DNA of 64,000 nt. Source: a virus. Taxonomy: Duplodnaviria; Caudoviricetes. Positions 9,530 to 19,902 of the stretch are shown here, piece by piece (positions within the stretch are counted from its first letter, which is position 1; each line of letters opens with the position of its first letter). The position numbers and the translations under genes were made by a program. A model generated the notes under the pieces. The model was not told where the DNA came from and did no database searches. It was given only the letters and a program-made list of their open reading frames with translations. The stretch lies in IMG/VR virus record IMGVR_UViG_3300031994_000009; one strand, 5' to 3'.

Positions 9530-12500
9530 TACAAAGCGGTCTTAGTGAAGATGAAAAAATTAGAAAGATCAAAAACATCTTTTTGAAAAATCAATCTTCA
9601 AGTAATTCTTCTAATTCTGGGGGGGTTCCGTCAAAATTGGATCCTTATGATGTTGGATATCTTTCTGGAAGGCAATATGCTATGGAAGTTTTTGCAAATC
9701 ATGGTTATCCTACTGTGATGCAAGATGTTTTTGACTTGCCGTCTGGTCTTGAGAAGATGAAACTTATAGATAAGATCCATGAGTCTTTTGCTCAAGATGA
9801 TGATATTAGAACCATTTTGAGAGATTTGAATATTGACGATAGACAGAAAGCTAAGAATATTTGTAGTATAATGTCTCAAAGTCAAGGTGGTGATCAAGCT
9901 GGAGAAAATGGTGAAAAAAATTCTGGTTCATCTGAACAAAACCAGAATATCGATAATATGACAGGGCAACAGGCCGCGAATGCCGCTCAGCAGGCGGCTA
10001 ACCAAGCCCAGCAAGCCGCTGATCAGGCACAACAGGCCTCGAATGCAGCTCAGCAGGCGGCTAACCAAGCCCAGCAAGCCGCTGATCAGGCACAATCTTC
10101 TAGTAGTTCGTCTGCTAACCAAGCCCAGCAAGCCGCTGATCAGGCACAACAGGCTGCGAATGCAGCTCAACAGGCGGCTAACCGAGCCCAGCAAGCCGCT
10201 GATCAGGCACAACAGGCCGCGAATGAATCTCAGAATTCTGCAAAAAAAGGAGATGAATCTTCTGCTAGGGCTAAAGCTAAAGAAGCAATGGATGCTGCTA
10301 ACCAAGCCCAGCAAGCTGCAAATCAAGCTGGGAATAATGGTTCCCAACAAGTAAGTTCTGGTAGTTCTCAACAAGGGTCTAATCAAGGACAGCCTAGCTC
10401 AAGTTCTGGTGGTTCTCAACAAGGGTCTAATCAAGGACAGCCTAGCTCAAGTTCTGGTGGAACTGGGTCTTCTCCATTTGGAGGACAAAGTGTAAGGGTT
10501 TTCAATAATGGAGCATTTGATGAAAATGATCCTATGGGAACAAACGATGTTCTTACTCCTGAAGAAGGTGATGCTATTCGAAAAGAAAATAATATAGAAG
10601 CTGTAGACAAGGGTCATTTTTCGAAATCCGATGTTACCGCAAGTACACAAGAATCTATTGGTGCTCTTAAAAAGGTTTATAACAAATACAAAGCAGTTAA
10701 AGGAACGGAAACGGATCCTGTTGATTTTAACGCACTGGAAAACAACTTTAAGAAAAGTAGGGAAGGTATAATTGACTGGGGTGCTGCTTTAAGACGTTTT
10801 GCGTCAAGACAATCTTCTTTGGCTATTACTGGTCCAATTATGATGAACAGGCTTGTTTATGGTGGAATTAAATCTACATATCAACGTAAATTGAAGACAA
10901 ATTTCAATAAATGCGTGCTTTATATAGATACGTCTGGTAGTGTTAATAACAATATGACACAATTGATTCCTATCATGTGTGGAGAGATTGTTAACATAAT
11001 GAAGAGTTGTAATTTCACACATGTTGATATTGTTCTGTTTACAACATCTTGTTACAAAAGGTTTGAGGTTACACCACAAAAGTATCTAAATCAAGGTGCT
11101 GTTTTGTCTGAAGTGAAAGATGGTGGAACAGATATCCAATCCGTTTATAAAGACATTTATAATACATATACAAAAAAGACAGGTAATCTATCATCAGAAA
11201 TTAATGCTGTTATTCTTATAACAGATATTTCTGGTATGGAAACTGGAGGTGATATCAATGGGACATGGGGTAAGAAATTGAAACCGCAAACATTGTCGAA
11301 AATGTTATATGTGGTTTACAATGATTATCGTTATGAATTGCTTGAACAGGTTAAACAGTCTATGAATAATCTTGTTTCATCAAAATCGTCTCATGTTGAA
11401 ATATCTCTTGAAGTTTTCAAAAGACAGATCAAGAACATGGCCAAGAAATTCAATAAAGGTGGTGTTCATTTTATGTCGGATGATATTGATAAATATGAAA
11501 ATAAAGAACAAAACGAGACAATGTCACTGAAATACAAGAGAAAATATAAAATTAATGAAGACATCGACGATCTCGACGATGATTTTTTCTCGTCGCTTGA
11601 GGATGACGATGCCATGGTAAAGACTGCTGAGGTTTCCGATGAGGAGATTTTCCGTAACAGGATTAGTAGCGCCAGAACAGCTGGTACATTGGATAGGGCT
11701 ATTCCAGATTATATCAAACAGATTTCTGACAATTTTCCGCAACTGCAAGTTGTTAAGAATATGGATGATGTGTATGGGAACGAAAATTCATACTATGTGA
11801 CTAATGACGTTACATTCGTTATCAACATGAACGTTAACAACGATAATGTAGGAAGGTTCATGAATCTTTTCGGAAACAAGGAATATCCTATCATCGTAGA
11901 TCGATTGATTGGCAATTTTGATATTGATGGTGACCGCGGATTTACAGGTTTTCCTTATGGGTTCCCACAAGAAGTTCAAGGTTCCGTTTTTATCGTCGAT
12001 TGTGATGATTTTGGTCCATATGATAAACATAAAATGACAACTGATCAAATGCAGAATTTATTTAAGTATGCACCAAATGTTATTACAAAAAATCTGTGTT
12101 TAAGTGTGATGGATAGAACGTTTCAATCTATTTGCGATTTATATGGTAAAAAAATGGAAGAAAAAGGAACACATTATTATAAATTGAATAGCGCATTTTC
12201 AAGATATTCAAACGAAAGTCTCCAGTCAATTATACAGAAGAGGATAGCCATAGGACAGGCTTATCTGAACGAGAGCTTCACAGAAGCTTCTGGGTTGAAG
12301 AAATTGTTTCCATATGACGGTATGCCGAAGTCAGATCGTGGTGTCTTGAATGATAATCTCAGAATTTTCAAGAAAGTTATCAAGCCCATCACCAATCTTC
12401 CTTGGGGCAGCTTGACTGATAAGGATGTCAAGGTTGTAGATCAAACGACAAAGATGAACGATCTTATCAAGAAGCCTTCGACAGAGTTCAATAAACTTGA

Positions 12501-14424
12501 AATGGAGAATTACGGTATCCAAATTTTCTCTGACGAGAATAACAGGATTACCATGGTTTACAGGAAGACAGGATCCAAGGATTTCAAGATGTGTTGCATG
12601 AACACGAGTAACGGTGTTATTACAGACGCGAAGGAATTGGAGCAAATAATCCAAGATAGGGTCAACAAAGCTTTCCAGATTTCTGATTTATTTGATAACA
12701 TGAACATTTCAATGAAATCCATAGAGGAAGATGACACCATTATTGAGGTCGGCGGACATTTTCTTTATATCGCTTTGGCCATAGCAATGGGTATGACCGC
12801 TTCTTATGCGGATAAACAATCCAACCAGAAACTTGTTGTTTATGATTGGGATTTGGATAATTTGATTGACAGTAAATACGTTGTAAACGGTGTTGTTGAC
12901 TTTAATGCAATCTTTGATGAGATTTCTGGAGGAAAATATCGTCAAGGGAGAAATGATGGAACCATTTTGTTTAATGGGACAAGTGTTAGTTTCGATCAAA
13001 GGAGAAAAAGAAATTATGGTGCTGGAGCATCAGAGACTTTCAAGGAGATATTGATATCGACGAAAATCAATCCTTATTCATTCTTGTCCGATGATTTCGC
13101 TAAGGCCATGTTGAAAGGCGCATCCATCAGGAAAGCTGACGAATATGACACATTTAAGTTCAGTGACATCGACTCTTTCGACAGAGACGATTTGATGGAA
13201 GCAATCAATAACCTGAAGGATGTCCATGTATATGACACTCTATTGAAGGCAAAATCATGTACGGCTTTTAGGGAACGAAATGCAAGCTTGGTTTGGGACA
13301 ATGCTCTGTTATTCCCAGATCTCAGATCACATCTCTATTCTATTGATGTGGATGTACCAGAGACAAGAGAATCTGGAAACGTGAAAAGGGCAGAGAGAGA
13401 GGTTATCGGAGCAGAGGATATCTCTATCGATAAAGTTAATTATAGCGGAATCTCGGAAGAAGCCAACAGCGTGATAGAGAAGATAAACAACCGTGTAAAG
13501 AGTTTCAAGGATCTTTCTAGGCTTGGAGTCTTTGAACACATTAAGGATGAAATCAATGATCAGACTTTCTCTGATAATGTTGATGATTTCCAAACGTATA
13601 TTAATCTGATAATCTCTGCGATCGACAAGTCTCGTGGAAAGATTGTTGAGAATGACATAGATGCAGCAAAGGAATGTGTGTCTACGTTGACAAAGATTAA
13701 GAGGAGCATTACAGATATTGCCAACGGTGATATAGATTCGCAAACAACAAGAATGTTTATCAGGAATGTTGGTTCTTTGTATGATTTCTATATGAAATAT
13801 ATCAAGGATCAGATTGATTATTTTGATGATCCTACTTTTAGAAAAAGTTTGAGGACAACGATGCAGTCGCGTCGTCAGACTTTGGCCGATCGCCGTCGTG
13901 AGCAGGATGAAAGAAGAAAGGAAGCTTTCGATGTTCAAAGAAGGACACGCGAGGAAATTCTTCGTGGAGAGTCCGAATATGACATGAAAGAATTCAACGA
14001 TATTGTCCAACAACTTTTAGACAGTGTGTTTCCAGCTAACGAACGACTGAAGTCTGCAAATTTTGCATCGATGCCGACTATGGTGAGAAACGAGTTTGCT
14101 AACAAGACTAATCTGCTCGATGTTTTTGCCGATACCTTACAGGCTGTTGCCAAGGAAGCTTCCAATGCTTCCAAGAAAGGTGACGGCAAGTTCGCTGAGC
14201 AGTTTGAGGATGATTTGTGGAGCATTGCCAACGGTTGTGTTACTATAGCCACAAGTGATCGTGTATCGGACAAAGAACTTGGAAGGTTGATTTATAAACT
14301 TATTTCGGATTGTAAGTCTATCATGGGTGACATCAATGATTATAAGAATGCTAGTAAAACGCAGTCTGCAAGGGACAGTGGAAACTATGGAACTCTTGCC
14401 CAAAGGAGATCTGCAACGGCTTAA
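9496..14424 (+). CDS. Large vWA-domain protein (MoxR partner) with Q/A repeats and long C-terminal extension
   Basis: MIDAS LYIDTSGSV, GGTD, ILITD; preceded by IDWGAALRRF and a low-complexity linker; 1642 aa. Confidence 0.8.
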   Translation: MPNIEQDVYQIIQSGLSEDEKIRKIKNIFLKNQSSSNSSNSGGVPSKLDPYDVGYLSGRQYAMEVFANHGYPTVMQDVFDLPSGLEKMKLIDKIHESFAQDDDIRTILRDLNIDDRQKAKNICSIMSQSQGGDQAGENGEKNSGSSEQNQNIDNMTGQQAANAAQQAANQAQQAADQAQQASNAAQQAANQAQQAADQAQSSSSSSANQAQQAADQAQQAANAAQQAANRAQQAADQAQQAANESQNSAKKGDESSARAKAKEAMDAANQAQQAANQAGNNGSQQVSSGSSQQGSNQGQPSSSSGGSQQGSNQGQPSSSSGGTGSSPFGGQSVRVFNNGAFDENDPMGTNDVLTPEEGDAIRKENNIEAVDKGHFSKSDVTASTQESIGALKKVYNKYKAVKGTETDPVDFNALENNFKKSREGIIDWGAALRRFASRQSSLAITGPIMMNRLVYGGIKSTYQRKLKTNFNKCVLYIDTSGSVNNNMTQLIPIMCGEIVNIMKSCNFTHVDIVLFTTSCYKRFEVTPQKYLNQGAVLSEVKDGGTDIQSVYKDIYNTYTKKTGNLSSEINAVILITDISGMETGGDINGTWGKKLKPQTLSKMLYVVYNDYRYELLEQVKQSMNNLVSSKSSHVEISLEVFKRQIKNMAKKFNKGGVHFMSDDIDKYENKEQNETMSLKYKRKYKINEDIDDLDDDFFSSLEDDDAMVKTAEVSDEEIFRNRISSARTAGTLDRAIPDYIKQISDNFPQLQVVKNMDDVYGNENSYYVTNDVTFVINMNVNNDNVGRFMNLFGNKEYPIIVDRLIGNFDIDGDRGFTGFPYGFPQEVQGSVFIVDCDDFGPYDKHKMTTDQMQNLFKYAPNVITKNLCLSVMDRTFQSICDLYGKKMEEKGTHYYKLNSAFSRYSNESLQSIIQKRIAIGQAYLNESFTEASGLKKLFPYDGMPKSDRGVLNDNLRIFKKVIKPITNLPWGSLTDKDVKVVDQTTKMNDLIKKPSTEFNKLEMENYGIQIFSDENNRITMVYRKTGSKDFKMCCMNTSNGVITDAKELEQIIQDRVNKAFQISDLFDNMNISMKSIEEDDTIIEVGGHFLYIALAIAMGMTASYADKQSNQKLVVYDWDLDNLIDSKYVVNGVVDFNAIFDEISGGKYRQGRNDGTILFNGTSVSFDQRRKRNYGAGASETFKEILISTKINPYSFLSDDFAKAMLKGASIRKADEYDTFKFSDIDSFDRDDLMEAINNLKDVHVYDTLLKAKSCTAFRERNASLVWDNALLFPDLRSHLYSIDVDVPETRESGNVKRAEREVIGAEDISIDKVNYSGISEEANSVIEKINNRVKSFKDLSRLGVFEHIKDEINDQTFSDNVDDFQTYINLIISAIDKSRGKIVENDIDAAKECVSTLTKIKRSITDIANGDIDSQTTRMFIRNVGSLYDFYMKYIKDQIDYFDDPTFRKSLRTTMQSRRQTLADRRREQDERRKEAFDVQRRTREEILRGESEYDMKEFNDIVQQLLDSVFPANERLKSANFASMPTMVRNEFANKTNLLDVFADTLQAVAKEASNASKKGDGKFAEQFEDDLWSIANGCVTIATSDRVSDKELGRLIYKLISDCKSIMGDINDYKNASKTQSARDSGNYGTLAQRRSATA
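9966..10460 (+). repeat. Coding tandem repeats (AQQAANQAQQAADQAQQA units, then 2x 48-nt SQQGSNQGQPSSSSGG)
   Basis: Near-identical DNA units gctaaccaagcccagcaagccgctgatcaggcacaa; 48-nt duplication at about 10364-10459. Confidence 0.9.
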
Positions 14425-14450
14425 TCGCAAAACATTATATATTCTAAGGG

Positions 14451-14479
14451 AAAGGAGATCGATCGTCGGTCTCCTTTTT
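14451..14479 (+). terminator. Intrinsic terminator with GATCGATC core
   Basis: AAAGGAGATCGA-TCG-TCGGTCTCCTTTTT. Confidence 0.75.
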
Positions 14480-14509
14480 CGATAAATATCAAAACATTTT
14501 TACAGGAAA

Positions 14510-15991
14510 ATGATTATTGAACTTCTGAAAACATCAGAGTCTTTACATAATAAGGAGATATCAGAGCATGATATGCTTGTTATAGAGGAACTTGTCGAAA
14601 AATATGGATGTTCCCCGATGTTTGATACATTGAACGAGGTGACTTACTATGGGAACGACGGTAACTTCAACAGGACTGGTGGATCCCGTGTACGTAGGAT
14701 AGGTGGTGCTTTGCAGTCCATTCCTAGTCTTCTTATATCTACCGCAATATCTTGGCCAGCGACACTTATAAGCGCACTTGGTGCAATATCGCATAGGATG
14801 CGTAAGAAATTCGAGGACAAGAACTCTTGGATGAACAGGTTGGATCCTAGATTCTGGAACGATTATCTTGGTACATATCATGAAAGGGAAGGAAGGAAAA
14901 GGAATTCTTCAACTAACGACAACGGAAGGACATGGGTAGACAGGGCGAAGACGGCTTTGTTCGGAGCTGGGGCAGCTGGTGCGGGTCTTCTTGCAGGGAA
15001 AGCCCTTTCAGACAAGGATAAGGCAGAAGCTGAAGAATCCCTTACAAAGGACGCCGTCGTTGCCGCAGCATTCGTTCCATATTGGGTTACTTTATCAAAT
15101 GGAGAAATTCTTAGGTTCAGGGCATCATCACCAGAGGATGCGAAGACTTTGGCCAACATGGTTATAGCTTACACGAAGAAACCTTGCTATGACACGATGA
15201 ACTGGGGAATCAAGAATAACAATTTCAAAAGGTATAGGTTCCAGTTCAGCGACGGTGAGGTTTGTTATTGGGCTGCAAGCACTAAGGAGAAAGCATATGA
15301 GCAAGCTCTCACGACAAGGATCGATCTGTGCGACCAGATGAACCAGATCAATCCAGACGTGGTCCAATTGGACAACCTTGAGGAACCGCAGATCGTCGGG
15401 AAAGTTGAGGTGTCCAAGGAACAGATCCCAGTCCCAGAGCAGAACAAGTTCATATCCGTGTCGACAGACAAGCCAGAATTCAAGGAAGATGACAAGAAGA
15501 AACTTCCTGTTCCGTTATATTCGTATGGAATTCTTGATCACTATAAGGGAGGATATGCCAATTTTATCTTGAATTTCCCAGCTACAAGCAGCAACGACGC
15601 TGTTGATATAATCCGTGATTTCGATCACAGGAATTATGCCGTAGAGGAAGTCTATGACAGGATGGAGAAGAAACTTGAGCTTTTCAAGGTCACAATGAAG
15701 GACGGCGACACTTATTTCATACCAGCAGACACGGAAAACGGCGCTTCTGAGCTTGCTAATAGGATTTATATGGAAAAGGTCAACTCTGTCAAGAAAACGC
15801 TTCAGGGAGAAGCCAGAGAGTCTTACGAGGAGTTTCTTGACGAGTACGGGAAGATGATAAGTGGAGTGAAGTCTGTTTCTAAAGTGAGTCCAAAAGACTA
15901 TACGCTGAAAAAAGGGAACCAGTTCTCCCTGAAACGATATAGAGGAAGGGGGAAGGAAGAAATAGACAATTTGGGAAATTATAATTTCTGA
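14510..15991 (+). CDS. Hypothetical putative head-internal protein with repeated small domains
   Basis: 493 aa; repeated (Y/F)xVx..DG...F.A.S/T...A modules; LNE motif; ATAAATA at 14482. Confidence 0.6.
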   Translation: MIIELLKTSESLHNKEISEHDMLVIEELVEKYGCSPMFDTLNEVTYYGNDGNFNRTGGSRVRRIGGALQSIPSLLISTAISWPATLISALGAISHRMRKKFEDKNSWMNRLDPRFWNDYLGTYHEREGRKRNSSTNDNGRTWVDRAKTALFGAGAAGAGLLAGKALSDKDKAEAEESLTKDAVVAAAFVPYWVTLSNGEILRFRASSPEDAKTLANMVIAYTKKPCYDTMNWGIKNNNFKRYRFQFSDGEVCYWAASTKEKAYEQALTTRIDLCDQMNQINPDVVQLDNLEEPQIVGKVEVSKEQIPVPEQNKFISVSTDKPEFKEDDKKKLPVPLYSYGILDHYKGGYANFILNFPATSSNDAVDIIRDFDHRNYAVEEVYDRMEKKLELFKVTMKDGDTYFIPADTENGASELANRIYMEKVNSVKKTLQGEARESYEEFLDEYGKMISGVKSVSKVSPKDYTLKKGNQFSLKRYRGRGKEEIDNLGNYNF

Positions 15992-16019
15992 AAAAAGGAC
16001 CTTGATACAGGTCCTTTTT
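15992..16019 (+). terminator. Intrinsic terminator
   Basis: AAAAAGGACCT-TGATAC-AGGTCCTTTTT. Confidence 0.75.
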
Positions 16020-16052
16020 ATTATTATATTTTCTATCGAATGACGGTAAAAA

Positions 16053-16065
16053 TCCGTATATTTGC
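16053..16065 (+). promoter_or_regulatory. Host-type (Bacteroidota -7 element) promoter TCCGTATATTTGC
   Basis: Exact 13-mer found 7 times, always intergenic; contains TAnnTTTG. Confidence 0.8.
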
Positions 16066-16207
16066 CGTTGTTTCCGTTGTACAAAAAGCTAACTTGTTGA
16101 CACGGCAATTTTTACGTTTTCTGTAATAAATAAAACACGGATTTTTGCTAAAATGAAGGTTGTATGACAACCAATACAACATATAAAAAGTTAAATATCA
16201 ATACTTT

Positions 16208-18397
16208 ATGCAAGTAATAAAAAGAGATGGTTCAGAACAGGAGTTCTGTATTGACAAGATTGTTAATGCCGTAAAGAAAGCCAATTCTTCTGTGAATCAA
16301 GTGGATCAGATGTCGGAAAACGATATTTTCGATCTCGTTTCTGATGTGAAGGCTTTGATCGGTGAAGTAGGATCGATCGACGTGGAGAGCATCCAGAACA
16401 TCATTGAGAGAAAACTGATGGAGAGAGGGTGGTACGCTGTGGCAAAGGATTATATCCTGTATAGAGAATCTCACAAGAGATCAAGATTTATGGATGAAAA
16501 GTTGAATTACATCTATAATTATATTGATTCAGACGATTCTGCTACGAATTTGTCTAACACGGATGATAACGCGAATTCATCTAAAAAGACAGTTTCCACT
16601 ATGGAAGGTGAGCTTTATAAGAATACCAATAGGGATATTCAAAGACGTATAATGAAAAGACTACTTAAAAAGATAAAGTCCCCTTACGTTGATCAGTATG
16701 TAGAAGATCTTGAACATAACATTCTTTATCAACATGATGAAACTGGATTATTGAAGCCATATTGTAGTGCATATACTTTGTATCCTATGCATATTGACGG
16801 AACATCAAATATAGATGGGACCAAAAATAAAGCTCCTAAACATTTGAGTTCTTTTGTTGGGCAATTTCAAAATCTTGTTTTCCTTCTGTCCGCACAAAAG
16901 AAAGGCGCTGGGGCTTATGGAGAGTTTTTTAATTTCTTCAGTTATTATTGTGAGAAAGAATGGGGTTGTGATTATTATAAAAGAGAAGATGAAGTTGTAA
17001 CTTCAGACACATGCTTGCATAAAATGACAATAGGAAGTACGATCGATCAGTATTTTCAGTCGATAACTTATTATATTAATCAACCCGCATCTAACAGGGG
17101 GTGGCAATCGCCCTTCACGAATTTTAACGTGTTTGATTCTTATTATTGGGATCAACTTTTCAATCATTTTGTCTTTGATGATGGGTCAAAACCAAACTGG
17201 GATGCTGTCAATTGGCTCCAAAAAAGATACATGAAGTGGTTGAACAAGGAACGCACGAAAACTTTGTTGACGTTTCCAGTTATGACAGTTTGTTTGTTGA
17301 CGGACGGAAATGATATTGTTGACAAAGAATATAAAGATTTTGTTACAACTCAGTGGGAAGAAGGTGATTCTTTCTTTGTTTATATGTCTGAAAATGTAGA
17401 CTCGATCTCATCTTGTTGTCGGTTAAAAAATGAAATTTCTGATAATACATTCTCTTCAACAACTGGTCTAACTGGCGTACAGACAGGATCTTGCAATGTT
17501 ATGACATTAAATTTGAACAGAATCGTTCAGGATTGCTACAGAAAATATTTTACAGAATTTTCTGATGATGGTAGGGCGGTAAATGTAAAAGATACGAATT
17601 ATTTTTCTTTGCTTGAGAATTATCTGAAAGATATCCTGATTAGGGTGTATGATTATCAAAAGGCATACAAGACTGGTTTGTATACTATGGACGAAAAAGG
17701 ATTGCTTCCGCAAACGACGGCTGGATATATCTCGCTTTCCAGACTTTATTCGACGATCGGTGTGAATGGTATCAATGAAGCTGCGAGGTTTCTTGGATTT
17801 AGTGTATCCAATAATAAGGATTATATGAATTTTTCTGCATGGATTCTTGGGGTAATCAATAACTTTAACAAGGAACACACATCAAGGAAATTCATGTATA
17901 ATTTGGAACTTGTTCCCGCCGAAAGTCTTGGCGCAAAGAATTACAAGAAAGATAAACAGGATGGATATTGGGTTCCAGATGATGTTAACTTGTATAACAG
18001 TTATATCTATGATGCTCATGATTCAAATACCTCGATATTGGATAAGATAGAGATGCAAGGCGGTCAGATATCGAAGAATATTACTGGAGGTCAAGCGTCT
18101 CATCTGAATCTTGAAGAAAATCTTAGCAAAGAACAATATACGAAACTTTTGGAGTATGCTGTTAAATGTGGAAACAATTATATAACATTTAATGTTCCTC
18201 AAACACAATGTGATGATTGTGGTTTTATAGCAAAACATCCATTTGATGAGTGTCCAGAATGTGGATCGACACATACAACAAAATGGACAAGGGTTATTGG
18301 ATATCTCAGACCCACAAAAACTTGGTCTAAAGATAGACAGGAAGAATATACTTATAGGTATTTTGCTAAATCTGAACAGTTAGGTGGTGCGATATGA
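16208..18397 (+). CDS. nrdD: Anaerobic (class III) ribonucleoside-triphosphate reductase
   Basis: ATP cone VIKRDG, SSCCRL active-site loop, CDDC/CPEC zinc motif, RVIGYL glycyl-radical motif. Confidence 0.95.
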   Translation: MQVIKRDGSEQEFCIDKIVNAVKKANSSVNQVDQMSENDIFDLVSDVKALIGEVGSIDVESIQNIIERKLMERGWYAVAKDYILYRESHKRSRFMDEKLNYIYNYIDSDDSATNLSNTDDNANSSKKTVSTMEGELYKNTNRDIQRRIMKRLLKKIKSPYVDQYVEDLEHNILYQHDETGLLKPYCSAYTLYPMHIDGTSNIDGTKNKAPKHLSSFVGQFQNLVFLLSAQKKGAGAYGEFFNFFSYYCEKEWGCDYYKREDEVVTSDTCLHKMTIGSTIDQYFQSITYYINQPASNRGWQSPFTNFNVFDSYYWDQLFNHFVFDDGSKPNWDAVNWLQKRYMKWLNKERTKTLLTFPVMTVCLLTDGNDIVDKEYKDFVTTQWEEGDSFFVYMSENVDSISSCCRLKNEISDNTFSSTTGLTGVQTGSCNVMTLNLNRIVQDCYRKYFTEFSDDGRAVNVKDTNYFSLLENYLKDILIRVYDYQKAYKTGLYTMDEKGLLPQTTAGYISLSRLYSTIGVNGINEAARFLGFSVSNNKDYMNFSAWILGVINNFNKEHTSRKFMYNLELVPAESLGAKNYKKDKQDGYWVPDDVNLYNSYIYDAHDSNTSILDKIEMQGGQISKNITGGQASHLNLEENLSKEQYTKLLEYAVKCGNNYITFNVPQTQCDDCGFIAKHPFDECPECGSTHTTKWTRVIGYLRPTKTWSKDRQEEYTYRYFAKSEQLGGAI

Positions 18398-18858
18398 AAT
18401 ATGTTGATAATGTAATTACTTTTTCAGAGGTTCCAGATGAGGTTTCTTTGTGTATTTCCATATCTGGATGTCCGAATCATTGTCCAGATTGTCACAGTAA
18501 ATATCTGTGGGAAGATACGGGTGAAACATTAACAGAAATCGTTCTTGACAATCTTATCAACAAATATGTTAACGGTATAACTTGTGTGTGTTTCATGGGA
18601 GGTGATTCCGATCCATGGTTTGTCGCTGGCTTAGCTAAACATATAAAGGATCGTTATTCAGAAATTAAGGTTGCTTGGTATTCAGGTAAAGATCAATTTG
18701 CCGACTGCTCCCTTGAGTATTTCGACTACATCAAGATAGGCAGGTTCGATAAGGATTATGGCCCGATCGACAAGTCTACAACGAACCAGAGGATGTACAA
18801 GAGAATAGATGGGGAATTTGTAGACATCACAGAGAAGTTCTGGAGGAAGAACGTATAA
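18394..18858 (+). CDS. nrdG: Anaerobic RNR activating radical-SAM protein
   Basis: SGCPNHCPDCHS CxxxCxxC motif; overlaps nrdD stop. Confidence 0.95.
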   Translation: MKYVDNVITFSEVPDEVSLCISISGCPNHCPDCHSKYLWEDTGETLTEIVLDNLINKYVNGITCVCFMGGDSDPWFVAGLAKHIKDRYSEIKVAWYSGKDQFADCSLEYFDYIKIGRFDKDYGPIDKSTTNQRMYKRIDGEFVDITEKFWRKNV

Positions 18859-18865
18859 TTTTATA

Positions 18866-18910
18866 GGATGGATCGATCGGTGTTTGTGGAAAGCCGATCG
18901 ATCCATTTTT
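18866..18910. terminator. GATCGATC hairpin between convergent genes
   Basis: ATGGATCGATCGG...CCGATCGATCCAT followed by T-run. Confidence 0.7.
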
Positions 18911-18927
18911 ATAAACAAACCAAAATA

Positions 18928-19707
18928 CTAATAATTAAGATTCTCAAAAAGTGTAAACTTCCTTGTCAGTATCTGTCTTTCGTTAAATTTGTGCAGGATC
19001 CAAATGGAAGCCAGTCTTTCTTGTATGAATCCACCGATCAGGCTTTGGTAGTCTATGTCCATGTTTTTCGGTCTGACTTTCGCCTGTGACAGTTTTTCCG
19101 AAACATGTCTTCTCAATGATATAGGATCTTCCAGATTATAGTATTCCGTGTAATATTTTAGCGTACCGAACAGGAACTCGCAGTATTCTTCGAAATCTTC
19201 CCATTTCAATACATATGATGTCGAGTAGAATAGTATGTTTCCTTTAATGAAATTTTGTATCCATGAGTACATGTACTGTGGATATTTCTGGTATATTATT
19301 TCTGTCAATAATTTTGTGTCTATTTGCGGATGGCACAATTCCATGTGGTATTTGATGGAAATTCCTATCCTGATTGGGTTGTTCACTATTATCCCGTATT
19401 TTGAGAAGATTAGATTGAAGTCTTCGTTTTCTGGGAACTGGATCCTTCTCCTGTATTGGCATTGGCCTATGTATTTTGTCTTTGGCGCGTTTTTCCAGAT
19501 CCAATATGTTCCTGTCGTCTCCGAATAGAAGTTGTTGAGGCTGGATATGTTGTTTCCAGTATTATCCTTTATGTTGCACACGTCCGTGTTTGTTCTTGAT
19601 GAACCTACCTGCAACGGGGTATACAATTTGTTGTCCCAGAACCCATAGTCCGTGTCTTTGAAGCATAGTTCATATATTTGGGCGTCAGTGCGTTTTTGTG
19701 TCTCCAT
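18928..19707 (-). CDS. DUF4422 (GT111-like) glycosyltransferase
   Basis: DNTGNNISSLNNFYSETTGTYWIWKN, YIGQCQYRR, GFIQERL motifs. Confidence 0.8.
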   Translation of the reverse strand: METQKRTDAQIYELCFKDTDYGFWDNKLYTPLQVGSSRTNTDVCNIKDNTGNNISSLNNFYSETTGTYWIWKNAPKTKYIGQCQYRRRIQFPENEDFNLIFSKYGIIVNNPIRIGISIKYHMELCHPQIDTKLLTEIIYQKYPQYMYSWIQNFIKGNILFYSTSYVLKWEDFEEYCEFLFGTLKYYTEYYNLEDPISLRRHVSEKLSQAKVRPKNMDIDYQSLIGGFIQERLASIWILHKFNERQILTRKFTLFENLNY

Positions 19708-19902
19708 TTTGATATCTTCTGTGTTGCGTGGTATTTATTGAATGATAAAAAATGAGATCTTTCTTGGGCGGAAAGATCTCATCTGATGTGTGAAATCTGA
19801 TCGATCGATAGATCGGATTTCTGGGTGAATCAAAAATAATTTGTCGATCGTTATATTTATCATGGAATAAATAAGATGAATCAAAAAATAATTTGTATAA
19901 TA

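Noticed and set aside
9966-10460. Second CRISPR-like array
   Set aside because: In-frame coding tandem repeats with no unique spacers
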